In this document: positions 10,354 through 20,934 of the stretch, piece after piece
Position numbering within the stretch: the stretch's first letter is position 1
Layout: each line of letters opens with the position of its first letter
Assembly (NCBI GenBank): GCA_002399235.1
Contig: DHDH01000016.1
Location: 2,101 to 66,100, forward strand
Source: Firmicutes bacterium UBA4881
GTDB lineage: Bacteria; Bacillota; DTU065
Direction: 5' to 3'
DNA length: 64,000 bases
Translations under genes and position numbers: made by a program
The notes under the pieces: model-generated
Databases searched by the model: none
What the model was told of the DNA's origin: nothing
Seen by the model: only the letters and a program-made list of their open reading frames with translations

Positions 10354-12471
10354 ATGGAACGAAAAACCTATTCGTTAGATTTAGGAGGCCGCACTCTCAC
10401 TGCAGAGTTTGGTGGCTACGCAGCACAAACCAATGGAGCAGTAATGCTTCATTATGGCGACACTGTTGTATTAGTTACCGCCTGCATGTCCAAGGAACCA
10501 AGAGAAGGTATTGATTTTTTCCCTCTTTTGGTAGATTACGAAGAAAAGATGTATGCTGTTGGTAAGATTCCAGGTTCTTGGGGGCGTAGGGAAGGAAAGC
10601 CTACGGAGGCAGCTGTTCTCAATGCCCGACTTATTGACAGACCAATTAGGCCATTATTCCCCGAAGGCTTTAGAAATGACGTACAAATTGTTGCTACTGT
10701 TTTATCAGTAGATACTGATTGTGTTCCTGAAGTGGCAGCAACAATTGGTGCTTCCTTAGCTCTTTTAGTTTCAGATATTCCTTTCGATCTACCAATGGCC
10801 GGAGTTAGGGTTGGCTTAATTAATGACCAGTTAGTTCTTAACCCAACAGTCAAAGAACAAGAACAATGTGATCTCTATATTATGGTCTCTGGTACCGAAG
10901 AGGCTATTACAATGGTTGAAGCGGGCGCTAATGAGGTTAGTGAAGAAAAAGCTCTCGAGTCTATCTTATTTGCCCATCAAGAGATCAAACGTATTTGCCA
11001 GTGGCAAAGATCAATTCAGCAAGAGATTGGCAAAGAGAAGAGCCAAGTGATTCTCGCTGAAAACGACAAGGAACTCGGAAAACTAGTTTTCGAGATTGGC
11101 CGAGAAAAAATGAACACTGCTCTCAAAACTTTCGAAAAGCTAGCTAGAGAAGCAGCTGTTGAAGAATGTAAAAAAGAGCTCAAAGAAAAGTTGGCTGAAG
11201 AGTTAGGTGCAGAGGTCTATGAAGCTCGTGAGGCTGAAATAAGCGTAGCTATCGACCAGTTGGAGGTCTCTGAGGTACGTAATATGATAACCGATGAGAA
11301 GATTCGTCCAGACGGCCGAGAACTAACCGAGATTAGACCAATTAGATGTGAAGTGGGTGTTTTGCCTAGAGTACATGGGACAGGCATGTTCCACAGAGGT
11401 CAGACTCAAGTACTTTCCGTTTGCACCCTGGGTTGCTTAAACGATGTGCAACTTCTGGATGGACTAACTGAAGAAGATAAGAAGCGCTATATCCATCACT
11501 ATAACTTCCCAGGTTTCTCCGTTGGTGAAGTTCGTCCAATGAGAACACCAGGAAGAAGAGAAATTGGTCATGGTGCTTTAGCAGAAAGAGCTCTCTTACC
11601 TGTTATTCCTAAGGAAGATGAATTCCCTTACACTATTCGTGTAGTCTCAGAAGTTTTAGAATCAAATGGTTCTTCTTCACAAGCTAGTGTTTGTGGTAGC
11701 ACCTTGGCTTTAATGGATGCAGGTGTTCCTATCAAAAAACCAGTCGCTGGCATTGCTATGGGACTAGTTAAAGGTGAAAAAGACTACACAATTCTCACCG
11801 ATATCCAAGGTTTAGAAGATCACTTTGGTGACATGGACTTTAAAGTTGCTGGCACCAGAGATGGAATTACTGCTTTGCAGATGGATATCAAAGTAACAGG
11901 TATCAGTAGAGAGATCTTAACTGAAGCTTTAGAGCAAGCTAAGAAAGCACGTCTCTTCATTCTCGATAAAATGGCCCAAGCAATTGCTGAACCTAGAAAA
12001 GAACTCTCACCCTATGCACCTAGAATGATTACTATGCAGATCGATCCTGAAAAGATCCGCGATGTAATTGGACCAGGTGGCAAGGTAATCCGTTCAATTA
12101 TTGCCGATACTGGTGTCGAGATTGATATTCAAGACGATGGCACAGTATACATTGCTTCCATGGATGTTGCTGCTGCTGATAAAGCTGTCAAGAGAATCAA
12201 CGATCTCACCCGCGAAGTCCAAGTTGGCGAAATATATGATGGTACTGTAACTAGAATTGCTAAGTTCGGTGCCTTTGTAGAGATTTTGCCAGGCAAAGAA
12301 GGTCTAGTCCATATCTCCAAATTAGCTAATGAACGCGTAGCTAATGTGGAAGATGTTGTTAATGTTGGCGATGAGATCAAAGTCAAAGTAGTGGAAATAG
12401 ACCAGCAGGGCAGAATCAACCTATCACGCAAAGCTTTACTAGCACCTGCGGACGAGGAAAATAAACAATAA
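10354..12471 (+). CDS. pnp: polyribonucleotide nucleotidyltransferase (PNPase)
   Basis: Two RNase PH domains, KH and S1 domains. RBS AGGAGGG. Second ATG (10354) preferred over 10348. Confidence 0.95.
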   Translation: MERKTYSLDLGGRTLTAEFGGYAAQTNGAVMLHYGDTVVLVTACMSKEPREGIDFFPLLVDYEEKMYAVGKIPGSWGRREGKPTEAAVLNARLIDRPIRPLFPEGFRNDVQIVATVLSVDTDCVPEVAATIGASLALLVSDIPFDLPMAGVRVGLINDQLVLNPTVKEQEQCDLYIMVSGTEEAITMVEAGANEVSEEKALESILFAHQEIKRICQWQRSIQQEIGKEKSQVILAENDKELGKLVFEIGREKMNTALKTFEKLAREAAVEECKKELKEKLAEELGAEVYEAREAEISVAIDQLEVSEVRNMITDEKIRPDGRELTEIRPIRCEVGVLPRVHGTGMFHRGQTQVLSVCTLGCLNDVQLLDGLTEEDKKRYIHHYNFPGFSVGEVRPMRTPGRREIGHGALAERALLPVIPKEDEFPYTIRVVSEVLESNGSSSQASVCGSTLALMDAGVPIKKPVAGIAMGLVKGEKDYTILTDIQGLEDHFGDMDFKVAGTRDGITALQMDIKVTGISREILTEALEQAKKARLFILDKMAQAIAEPRKELSPYAPRMITMQIDPEKIRDVIGPGGKVIRSIIADTGVEIDIQDDGTVYIASMDVAAADKAVKRINDLTREVQVGEIYDGTVTRIAKFGAFVEILPGKEGLVHISKLANERVANVEDVVNVGDEIKVKVVEIDQQGRINLSRKALLAPADEENKQ

Positions 12472-12473
12472 GT

Positions 12474-12516
12474 TCCAGGGGCGAGATTACTCTCCCCCCT
12501 CTTTTTTGTCTAAAAT
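12474..12516 (+). terminator. intrinsic terminator after pnp (GGGGCGAGA ttac TCTCCCCCC TCTTTTTT)
   Basis: Imperfect GC-rich hairpin plus T-run. Confidence 0.5.
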
Positions 12517-12536
12517 AGGAGGGGAGGGGATTTTAA

Positions 12537-13553
12537 TTGGAAATTGGTTTAGCCAAAGGACAGGTGGTGGAGATCATTAAAGATGGTCCTGTTGCAGAGA
12601 TTAAAGTAGCAACAGAGATAGGTTTAAGGGATGCTCTCCACTATTCGCGTCTCTTAGGTCAGGTAGAGGTGGGACATGAGGTAGTTATTAATACTACTGC
12701 GGTTGATCTAAACCTTGGTAGTGGTGGGTTTGACTTTGTAGTAGTAGATTTAAATAACCTACCTCGTAAATTACAATCAAGTGGCCATATTATGAAACTC
12801 CGTTATACTCCCTTTCAACTCAAAGTCTGGTCGGAAGAAGAAAAAGAAGAAATTTTAGAATCTATTACCACGCCAGTTATTTTAGCTGAACTCCATAGTA
12901 TGCTGGTTCCTGCTGCTTTTGGTATCTGGTCCCAAAACCCTAAATTGACTGTAGGCTATATTATGACAGACGGTGGAGCTTTACCAATCGACTACAGTGG
13001 GGCAGTGGGGTATTTAAAAAAGAGTGGTTATCAATTTCTTACCTACACTGCAGGCGATGCTTTTGGTGGGGATAAAGAAGCTGTCAATATCTATAGTGCT
13101 TTGGGATTAGCGGCCAAGGAATGCGATGTAATTATCATGGGTATGGGTCCTGGTGTAGTAGGAACTGAGACCATCCTAGGGACAACTGCTTTAGAAGTTG
13201 GTACAGGAATTAATGCTGTAGGGTCTTTAGGTGGTAGGCCTATTGTGATTCCTAGGCTGATGCGAGGAGATAAGCGAGGTAGGCACCAAGGAATAAGCCA
13301 TCATACACTAACTTCTCTACAGAAAATAGCCTTAAAACCCGCTGAGGTGGTTTTCACCAACCCCCATTGGTTGGAGATTGATCTCAAGCCTCATAAAATT
13401 GTCTTAGAAAAAGCACCACTTCTAGATTATTCTGCTTTACCTCTAAAAACTATGGGGCGAGGTTTTGGTGAAGAAGCAGAGTTCTTTTTAACTGCTGCTG
13501 CCTCAGGAGCCTATGCAGCTAAGCAAGTCGGAGGTGGTGGGGAAAGAAGGTAG
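12537..13553 (+). CDS. conserved hypothetical protein, DUF3866-like (TTG start)
   Basis: 338-aa ORF. RBS AGGAGGGGAGGGG ahead of TTG. Gly-rich segments. Family assignment is from memory only. Confidence 0.4.
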   Translation: MEIGLAKGQVVEIIKDGPVAEIKVATEIGLRDALHYSRLLGQVEVGHEVVINTTAVDLNLGSGGFDFVVVDLNNLPRKLQSSGHIMKLRYTPFQLKVWSEEEKEEILESITTPVILAELHSMLVPAAFGIWSQNPKLTVGYIMTDGGALPIDYSGAVGYLKKSGYQFLTYTAGDAFGGDKEAVNIYSALGLAAKECDVIIMGMGPGVVGTETILGTTALEVGTGINAVGSLGGRPIVIPRLMRGDKRGRHQGISHHTLTSLQKIALKPAEVVFTNPHWLEIDLKPHKIVLEKAPLLDYSALPLKTMGRGFGEEAEFFLTAAASGAYAAKQVGGGGERR

Positions 13554-13558
13554 CTTTA

Positions 13559-14680
13559 GTGATTGTTTACGCTGATTTACATGTACATATCGGTCAGGCT
13601 AAAAACCGTTGGGTGAAAATAACTGCCTCGAGAGAATTAACAATTAAAAATGCCCTCTCTGTAGCTAAAAAGCAAAAAGGACTAACAGTTTTAGGACTTG
13701 TAGATTCTGGTAGTAAAGTTGTGTTGGCTGAATATAGAGAACTACTTGATACCGGCCGGTTGCAGGAAGTTTCCGGTGGTGGATTTTTAAGTACCGAAGG
13801 GCTTTTATTAATACCAGCCTGGGAATTAGAGATTGGTGAAGCCCATTATCTTGCTTATCTACCTAACCTAGAATCATTACTAGCACTTACTAAAGAGTTA
13901 TGGCCTCATACTAAAAATCAGGAGCTTAGTACCCAACGATTTAATATATTGCCACAGGAAGTGAGAATTCTCGTCGAAAACTTAGGGGGAATTTTCTTTC
14001 CAGCTCATGTATTTACTCCTTTTAAAGGTTTTTATGGGAAAGCCGTGGATTCACTTTACGAGCTTTTTATGACGCCTTTTACCGCTATCGAATTAGGCTT
14101 ATCTAGTTCCACCGAAATGGCAGCAGGGATCACTGAACTAGAAAACTCGGTTTTCTTATCTAACTCAGATGCTCATTCCCTTAAACGGATAGCCAGAGAA
14201 TATAATGAAATTGACCTACCGAGTTTAGATTTTGCTGGTTTTAAGCGAGCTCTGTGTGAAGGTAAGATAATTGCTAACTATGGGTTAGATCCAAGGTTAG
14301 GTAAATATTATGAGACAGCTTGCATAAATTGTGGGAGTTTATTTACTGGTAACGAAAGATGTCAATGTGGAGGTTATTTTGTTAATGGAGTAAGGTTACG
14401 CTGTGAACAGCTCGGTGGTTTCCAATTGTCTACAAAACCGAGACCTCCCTATTTTAAACAGATCCCTCTTGATATGTTGCCAGGAATTGGACCAGCAACT
14501 ATAACCAAATTGGTTACTATAGGATCCGAACTTTATGTATTAAATAAGGCAACTTTTGCTGAGATTGCCAAAGTAACTAGTGAGAAGATAGCTAAGGTTA
14601 TCTTAGAAGCTAGAGAAGGTAACCTAGCTATTGAAGTTGGTGGCGCAGGTTTTTATGGCAAAGCTAAGTTAGAAGACTAA
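13559..14680 (+). CDS. endonuclease-Q-like PHP-domain protein (TIGR00375-like)
   Basis: N-terminal DLHVHIG PHP motif, a C4 zinc ribbon (CINCG...CQCGG) and a C-terminal HhH-like region (LPGIGPATITKL). Confidence 0.5.
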   Translation: MIVYADLHVHIGQAKNRWVKITASRELTIKNALSVAKKQKGLTVLGLVDSGSKVVLAEYRELLDTGRLQEVSGGGFLSTEGLLLIPAWELEIGEAHYLAYLPNLESLLALTKELWPHTKNQELSTQRFNILPQEVRILVENLGGIFFPAHVFTPFKGFYGKAVDSLYELFMTPFTAIELGLSSSTEMAAGITELENSVFLSNSDAHSLKRIAREYNEIDLPSLDFAGFKRALCEGKIIANYGLDPRLGKYYETACINCGSLFTGNERCQCGGYFVNGVRLRCEQLGGFQLSTKPRPPYFKQIPLDMLPGIGPATITKLVTIGSELYVLNKATFAEIAKVTSEKIAKVILEAREGNLAIEVGGAGFYGKAKLED

Positions 14681-14760
14681 AGGAACTATTTTATTAACTT
14701 TGTCCATTCGATTCATTCTAAACCACGTCCTGATTGCATAGGTTGTCAGGGGGTGGAATT

Positions 14761-15381
14761 ATGAGAAATAAAAACAAGAAAAAAGAACCTATCTGGCCCT
14801 ATGCTTTAGTTGCTTTAATGTTGTTTTTAGGTATTGGTTTTGGCATAATGGCAACAAGAGTGCTACAAAGAGATCAAAGAGCTGAGCTTACTCTCTATTT
14901 GGAAAGCTACTTTAATTTTGTGGGGAAAAGTGATGCGCTACAAAGTGCTAGTTCTGGCCTACTCAAAGATGCACTTAACCTTAACCTTTTAAAAACTGCT
15001 TTACCCATCGTTTTGGCATCTCTTTCTTTGATTGGAGTACCATTGATTGCAGTAGTAACTTTTTTAAGAGGATTTATTTTAGGTTTCGGTGCTGCTTTTT
15101 TAATCAAGGAATTGCAATGGAAAGGTGGACTAGTTTTTTTAGCTGGGTTAGTTCCACAAAACATTTTTTTAATTCCTGGTCTGGTTATTTTGGGCGGTGC
15201 AGCTGTGCTCTTTTCCCTGAGCATTATAAGTGTTATTGGAGGAGCTAAAAGGCAATCTATAAGCCGTGAAATGCAAGAATTTCTGGGACGCAGTGCCGTA
15301 GCAATTTTGATCATACTTCTAGGCTGTTTTATGGAAGCGTATGTGACACCGGGTTTTTTACGTCTATTGGTGAAGTTATGA
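14761..15381 (+). CDS. spoIIM: stage II sporulation protein M
   Basis: Polytopic membrane protein of about 207 aa. RBS GGGGGTGGA. Conserved neighbour of xerD in spore formers. Confidence 0.7.
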   Translation: MRNKNKKKEPIWPYALVALMLFLGIGFGIMATRVLQRDQRAELTLYLESYFNFVGKSDALQSASSGLLKDALNLNLLKTALPIVLASLSLIGVPLIAVVTFLRGFILGFGAAFLIKELQWKGGLVFLAGLVPQNIFLIPGLVILGGAAVLFSLSIISVIGGAKRQSISREMQEFLGRSAVAILIILLGCFMEAYVTPGFLRLLVKL

Positions 15382-15396
15382 AAGCGGTGAAAACTT

Positions 15397-16305
15397 ATGT
15401 GGTCCGAAGCAATAAATGAGTATTTAGATTATCTCTTAATAGAGAGAGGAATGGCGCAAAATACCATAAACGCTTACAGACGCGATCTTAAACAATATGC
15501 CACGATAATGACTGCTAAAAAAGTTACAGATCCTGTTGATGTTGACATCGAAGCTATCTACGATTATCTAGCAGTTTTGTGGCGTGACAAATTAGCTTCT
15601 ACTACAATTGCCAGAAAGATTGCTTGTCTTCGGGGTTTTTATGATCATCTCCATGCCAAGGGCCAGATCAAAAATAATCCTGTAGCCAAGTTAGATGCTA
15701 TAAAAAGAAAACAGTCATTACCCCAGGTTTTAAGTGAACAAGAAGTGGACAAGCTTTTATCAGCACCAAATGGTGATTATCTTGGGCTCAGAGATAAAGC
15801 GATGTTAGAAGTTCTCTATGCTACCGGTATGCGAGTATCGGAGATGCTCTCTCTCGATATCGGTGATATTGAATTAGATGCTGGTTTTGTGCGTTGTCGA
15901 GGCAAGGGAGACAAAGAGAGGATTGTCCCCTTAGGAAATATCGCAAAAAAAGCCTTAGAAGACTATCTTGCCTTGAGTAGACCCAAACTACTTAAAAAGA
16001 AAAATAATGCTTATTTTTTAAATAATCGGGGCGATCGATTAAGCCGTGTCGGTTTTTGGAAGCTTATTAAAGCTTATACCAAAGAAGCTGGGATCACGAA
16101 AGATGTCAGTCCCCACACTTTAAGGCACTCATTTGCTACCCATCTTTTAAAAAATGGTGCTGACTTAAGAACAGTACAAGAACTTTTAGGACATGCTGAT
16201 ATTGCTACGACCCAACTCTACACCCATTTAAGCCAGAGTCGTATCCGTCAAGTCTATAGAGAAGCTCATCCTCGCAGTGTTAAGAGAGAAAATACAGATA
16301 TATAG
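15397..16305 (+). CDS. xerD: site-specific tyrosine recombinase XerD
   Basis: 302 aa with N-terminal core-binding and C-terminal catalytic domains (R...HxxR...Y: LRHSFATHLL, TTQLYTH). Confidence 0.85.
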   Translation: MWSEAINEYLDYLLIERGMAQNTINAYRRDLKQYATIMTAKKVTDPVDVDIEAIYDYLAVLWRDKLASTTIARKIACLRGFYDHLHAKGQIKNNPVAKLDAIKRKQSLPQVLSEQEVDKLLSAPNGDYLGLRDKAMLEVLYATGMRVSEMLSLDIGDIELDAGFVRCRGKGDKERIVPLGNIAKKALEDYLALSRPKLLKKKNNAYFLNNRGDRLSRVGFWKLIKAYTKEAGITKDVSPHTLRHSFATHLLKNGADLRTVQELLGHADIATTQLYTHLSQSRIRQVYREAHPRSVKRENTDI

Positions 16306-16370
16306 TGAAAGACTACACCGCTTGTGATAAAATAACTTTTAACTACTAGTTAAGGAAAGGCCGGTAGAGT

Positions 16371-17516
16371 ATGAAACGATTTATTATCTGGGTTTTGGAC
16401 AGTGTAGGTATAGGTGAACTGCCTGATGCCAACCTCTATGGCGATCAAGGTAGCGCAACACTCCAAAATATCGCTACTGAACGTGGTGGCCTCTATCTAC
16501 CGAATATGGCCAATTTGGGTTTAGGGTTAATCGCAGATATAGCTGGTGTTTCGAAAGTAGATAATCCCCAAGCCGCATATGGTAAAATGGCTGAAGTTTC
16601 AACAGGAAAAGATACAACAACAGGCCACTGGGAGATTGCTGGACTTCATCTAAAGAAACCTTTTCCTACCTATCCCAATGGTTTTCCGCCTGCGGTTATT
16701 GATAAATTTGAAGAACTATCAGGACTAAAAGTTCTCGGTAATTATCCAGCTTCTGGTACGGTAATTATCGAGGATTTGGGCCCAGAACATATTAAAACAG
16801 GTTATCCTATTGTCTATACATCAGCTGACTCAGTTTTTCAAATTGCTGCCCACGTTGATGTGATACCTTTGGAAGAATTGTATAAATTGTGCGAGATTGC
16901 GAGGGGAATCTTGGTAGGTGAACATGGTGTAGCTAGGGTTATTGCCAGACCATTTGCTGGCACTCCAGGTAGTTTCTACCGTACAAAAGATCGTCATGAC
17001 TACTCCTTACCACCTGTGGATAAGACAGTCCTTGATCTGTTAAAAGAGAAGGGGATTCCTGTAATTGGTATTGGGAAAATTGGCGATATATTTGCTCAAA
17101 AAGGCATCACAGAACAACTACCTGCTAAGAATAATAATGAGACCATGGCCCAATTGTTATATGCTTTGGATAATGTCGAACACGGCTTGATTTTTGCTAA
17201 TTCTGTAGATTTTGATATGGTATATGGGCATAGAAACGATGTGGAGGGGTATGCTCGAGCTCTAGAAGCTACAGATCGTTTCTTACCTAATGTTATTAGC
17301 CGATTAAGATCTAACGATGTCCTAGTTATTACGGCTGATCATGGTTGTGATCCAACTACTCCTAGCACAGATCATTCAAGAGAGTATGTACCTCTTTTAG
17401 CTGTGGGAGTAAAACCAAAAGATCTAGGTGTTAGAGAAACTTTTGCTGATGTAGCAGCATCAGTGGCAAAATTCTTTGGTCTAAGTTACCCCTGTGGCAC
17501 CAGTTTTCTTGACTAA
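16371..17516 (+). CDS. deoB: phosphopentomutase
   Basis: 381 aa alkaline-phosphatase-superfamily enzyme with Mn-binding motifs (DSVGIG, DHGCDPT). Confidence 0.9.
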   Translation: MKRFIIWVLDSVGIGELPDANLYGDQGSATLQNIATERGGLYLPNMANLGLGLIADIAGVSKVDNPQAAYGKMAEVSTGKDTTTGHWEIAGLHLKKPFPTYPNGFPPAVIDKFEELSGLKVLGNYPASGTVIIEDLGPEHIKTGYPIVYTSADSVFQIAAHVDVIPLEELYKLCEIARGILVGEHGVARVIARPFAGTPGSFYRTKDRHDYSLPPVDKTVLDLLKEKGIPVIGIGKIGDIFAQKGITEQLPAKNNNETMAQLLYALDNVEHGLIFANSVDFDMVYGHRNDVEGYARALEATDRFLPNVISRLRSNDVLVITADHGCDPTTPSTDHSREYVPLLAVGVKPKDLGVRETFADVAASVAKFFGLSYPCGTSFLD

Positions 17517-17521
17517 AAGAA

Positions 17522-17566
17522 ACCCTTACCTTAATGAAAAAAATTAAGGTAAGGGTTTTACTTTTT
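17522..17566 (+). terminator. intrinsic terminator after deoB (CCCTTACCTTAAT...ATTAAGGTAAGGG TTTT)
   Basis: Perfect 13-bp stem plus T-run. A second hairpin (ATAAGCCAGAAGT...ACTTCTGGCTTAT) follows at 17594..17624 and probably serves the convergent SBP gene. Confidence 0.6.
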
Positions 17567-17639
17567 GCTAGATTAGTAAATTAGATAAGCCAGAAGTAGT
17601 TCACTTCTGGCTTATTGTCGTGACAAAGTTTTTGGAAAA

Positions 17640-18938
17640 TTATTTCTTGCTTTTTTGTAGTTTGTCGAGGAAACGTTTATATTCAACTTTACGTTGGTTC
17701 ATTTCTTTATTCATTTCGGCGGCAGCTTTTTTAGCTTCAGCTTCTGGATCTTTACCATTTTGCACACAAGCTTGCACTGCAAAATCAACAAATCGATAAA
17801 GCACACCAGCTGTAGGAGCATAAGGAACGGCAACTGATTCATCCAATTGGGCATGGATAGTACGAACTACATTTTGAGGCATGCCGCTAAGATTATATAG
17901 AGCATCTCTAGACGTCGGTACCATTAAGGAACCAGGAAGTTTTACGATTATTTCATCAACAAATTTCTTTTGAACAGGGGTGGAACAGAACCATTTAAGA
18001 AATGCCCAAGCTTCTTTCGGGTGCTTAGCAGATTTAGGAATACCAAAAGTTGTTGCACCTGAGAAAGTACCATGATTAGTAACGCCATTAGGTCTGGTGA
18101 TGCCAGGGATTAAACCTGGTTCCCATTTACCTTTTAATTCGGGAGCTGAATTGATGATATTGGTATACATCCAATAACCATCAATCATCATAGCCCATTC
18201 ACCATTGCGTAGAGCAGTTATTCCAGGGCTTGCTGTAGGCATCTTATGTTTAGTGTATAATTCAATATACTCTTTAAAACCTCTAATTGCTTCAGGTGTA
18301 TCCATCGCACTCGAAAAGCCATCATCTTTAAAGAAGTTACCACCATGCTGAGTTATTAAAGAATAAGCTCCCCATAGAGCATCATAATTGACACTACCGT
18401 AGTGGAAACCCATTTCTATATTTTTAGCTTTCAGTTTAGGCATCATTTTATAAACATCAGACCAAAGATTGGGTATTTCCATTCCCATATCTTTGAAGAT
18501 ATCAGTACGATAAGCAGCATTCATAAGGCTAATATTTTGGGGAATGCCGAATCTAGTCCCTAGCCAATGTAGAGGTTCAGTTACAGCGGGGAATAATTCC
18601 TTTTCTAGATCATCAAACTCTTTGCCAAAAGCTTGTTTTAGATCAAGAATAGAACCTCTAATACCATATTCAACAATGCCACCAACACCAGAACTAATAA
18701 TATCTGGTGCGTCATTAGCGATCAACGCTAACATGACCTTGTTACCATCGCCCCAAGCTAATGGCGTAATGTTAACATCAATACCTGTTTTAGCAGTAAA
18801 CTCACGAGCAGTTAAGTCCCTGGCAATTTTAGTCATCTCATTGGTAAAACCTAAGGCCCATACATCGATTTTTACCGCTAAAGAAAATGAAGCTAAAATT
18901 GTGACAATTAACATGGTGAAAAAAAGTTTACGACTCAT
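17640..18938 (-). CDS. ABC transporter extracellular solute-binding protein (family 1, sugar-type); signal peptide without lipobox Cys
   Basis: 432 aa with an N-terminal signal peptide (MSRKLFFTMLIVTILASFSLAVK) and an SBP fold. No adjacent permease genes. Confidence 0.8.
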   Translation of the reverse strand: MSRKLFFTMLIVTILASFSLAVKIDVWALGFTNEMTKIARDLTAREFTAKTGIDVNITPLAWGDGNKVMLALIANDAPDIISSGVGGIVEYGIRGSILDLKQAFGKEFDDLEKELFPAVTEPLHWLGTRFGIPQNISLMNAAYRTDIFKDMGMEIPNLWSDVYKMMPKLKAKNIEMGFHYGSVNYDALWGAYSLITQHGGNFFKDDGFSSAMDTPEAIRGFKEYIELYTKHKMPTASPGITALRNGEWAMMIDGYWMYTNIINSAPELKGKWEPGLIPGITRPNGVTNHGTFSGATTFGIPKSAKHPKEAWAFLKWFCSTPVQKKFVDEIIVKLPGSLMVPTSRDALYNLSGMPQNVVRTIHAQLDESVAVPYAPTAGVLYRFVDFAVQACVQNGKDPEAEAKKAAAEMNKEMNQRKVEYKRFLDKLQKSKK

Positions 18939-19074
18939 AAATACCCCTCCTTAGAAAATAACACTCCCCTTTTACTTATTAGTTTATTGACTGAAAAATC
19001 CTTTATTGTTAGCGAAAGTCAATGGAGTTTTTGAAGGAATATTTTGCTAAGGGAAAGAGAGATCAGGTTGGCTT

Positions 19075-20802
19075 TTAAATTGCTGAGGAGAACTGAGAAC
19101 GATACAGTTCCGAATAGGCACCATTCTGGGCTATTAGCTCGCTGTGGTTACCACTTTCTATGATCTGACCTTTTTCTAATACCACAATCTTATCTGCATC
19201 TTTAACTGTCGAGAGTCTATGAGCTATTAAAAGTACAGTTCTACCTTCGCTAAGGCGCTTGAGAGCACTTTGGATGCGATACTCAGTCAAGTTATCTAAA
19301 GCGGATGTAGCTTCATCTAAAACAAGAATAGGGGGGTTTTTCAAAAAGACTCTAGCAATAGCTAGACGTTGTTTTTGGCCACCAGAAAGTTTAATGCCTC
19401 TTTCGCCGATATAAGTATGGTAGCCATTAGGTAAGGAGGTAATAAAATCATGGATTTCTGAATCTTTTGCAGCTTGCACAATCTCTGCCTCGGAAGCTGA
19501 TGGTCTTCCATAAAGGATGTTATCGTAGATACTACCAGCAAATAAAAAAACATCTTGCTGGACAAAGCCTATGGTCTCTCGTAAGGACAAAAGAGAAATA
19601 TCGCGGATATCGGTGTTATCAATTTTAATGGAACCAGAGTCAATTTCATAAAAACGCATCAAAAGATGGCATAAGGTGGTTTTACCACCACCAGAGGAAC
19701 CCACTAAAGCAATCGTTTGACCTGGTTTAACATCTAGAGAAACATCATTTAATACTTCATCACTACCAGTATAACCAAAAGAAACATGAGAAAAAGCAAT
19801 GTGACCAGAGACATCAGATAGAGTTATTGCATCTTTACGATCGACAATTTTAGGTTTTTGAGACATGAGCTGAGCAAAACGACTAAAGCCAGCCATACCC
19901 TGTTCATACTGTTGAGCAAAGTTAATTAGTTTTCTAATTGGTTGAGTGAACAAGGATACAAACAATAAATAAGTAGTGAGATCAGCGATATCCATCTGGC
20001 CTAGATAGGTGAGATAACCACCAAAGATAAGCACAGCTCCGTTTAACAGGTTAGTCATGAAAGTAAGGCCAGTATAGTAGATAGCCATGCTATGATAGGC
20101 ACCTTCTCGAGATTTACGGAAGAGATGGTTAGCATGAGAAAAACGTTCTTCTTCATATTCTTCATTAGCAAAGCTTTTGGCTACTCGAATACCAGCGATA
20201 CTATTTTCAATATCCGAGTTAATTTCCGCTGTTTTTTCCTTAACAGATAAAAAGGCTTTGGCCATAACTTGTCGATTTTTAATGGCAAAATAAACCATAA
20301 AAGGAATGAAGGCAACAATAAGTAGAGTTAGAGGAATATTGATTTGGAAAAGGTAAATAGAGGAGCCAATTAACATTAATAAAGCAATAAGAAGATCCTC
20401 AGGGCCATGATGAGCCAATTCGCTTACCTCATGGAGATCATTAACGATTCGCGACATAAGACTGCCTGTTCGGTTGTTATCAAAGAACTCTACATCAAGG
20501 GTTTGTAGGTGGCAGAAAAGATCGTGACGCATTTTAGTTTCAATTCTAATTCCAGCCACATGACCAAAATAGTCCACAATATACTGGAGGACTAAATTGA
20601 TCAAATATAAAATGAGCAGAACTAGGCCAGAAAGTAACAAAGCTTTTATATTGTGTTGGGGAATAAAGTCCTTCATTACATTTCTTGATATTACTGGGAA
20701 AAGAAGATCTAAAAGAGCAATACAACAAGCTGCAGTAATATCAAGAACAGTGAGAGGAAGTTCGTAACGGTAATAGCTGAAAAAAAGTTTGAGAATACTC
20801 AC
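19075..20802 (-). CDS. ABC transporter ATP-binding/permease fusion (MsbA-like exporter)
   Basis: 575 aa with six transmembrane helices then an NBD carrying Walker A (GSSGGGKTT), signature LSGGQKQR and Walker B ILVLDEATS. Confidence 0.85.
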   Translation of the reverse strand: MSILKLFFSYYRYELPLTVLDITAACCIALLDLLFPVISRNVMKDFIPQHNIKALLLSGLVLLILYLINLVLQYIVDYFGHVAGIRIETKMRHDLFCHLQTLDVEFFDNNRTGSLMSRIVNDLHEVSELAHHGPEDLLIALLMLIGSSIYLFQINIPLTLLIVAFIPFMVYFAIKNRQVMAKAFLSVKEKTAEINSDIENSIAGIRVAKSFANEEYEEERFSHANHLFRKSREGAYHSMAIYYTGLTFMTNLLNGAVLIFGGYLTYLGQMDIADLTTYLLFVSLFTQPIRKLINFAQQYEQGMAGFSRFAQLMSQKPKIVDRKDAITLSDVSGHIAFSHVSFGYTGSDEVLNDVSLDVKPGQTIALVGSSGGGKTTLCHLLMRFYEIDSGSIKIDNTDIRDISLLSLRETIGFVQQDVFLFAGSIYDNILYGRPSASEAEIVQAAKDSEIHDFITSLPNGYHTYIGERGIKLSGGQKQRLAIARVFLKNPPILVLDEATSALDNLTEYRIQSALKRLSEGRTVLLIAHRLSTVKDADKIVVLEKGQIIESGNHSELIAQNGAYSELYRSQFSSAI

Positions 20803-20934
20803 AAAAGGGCTCTCCTTTGCATTCGATTATAACTTTCTCTTTGTACAACAAGAGAAAAAATCCTGCAAAAAACATACCTTAAGCTAAAACTGCATAGGAT
20901 CTAGCGCCAAGACTGTTTGAGGGAGGCTTGACTG

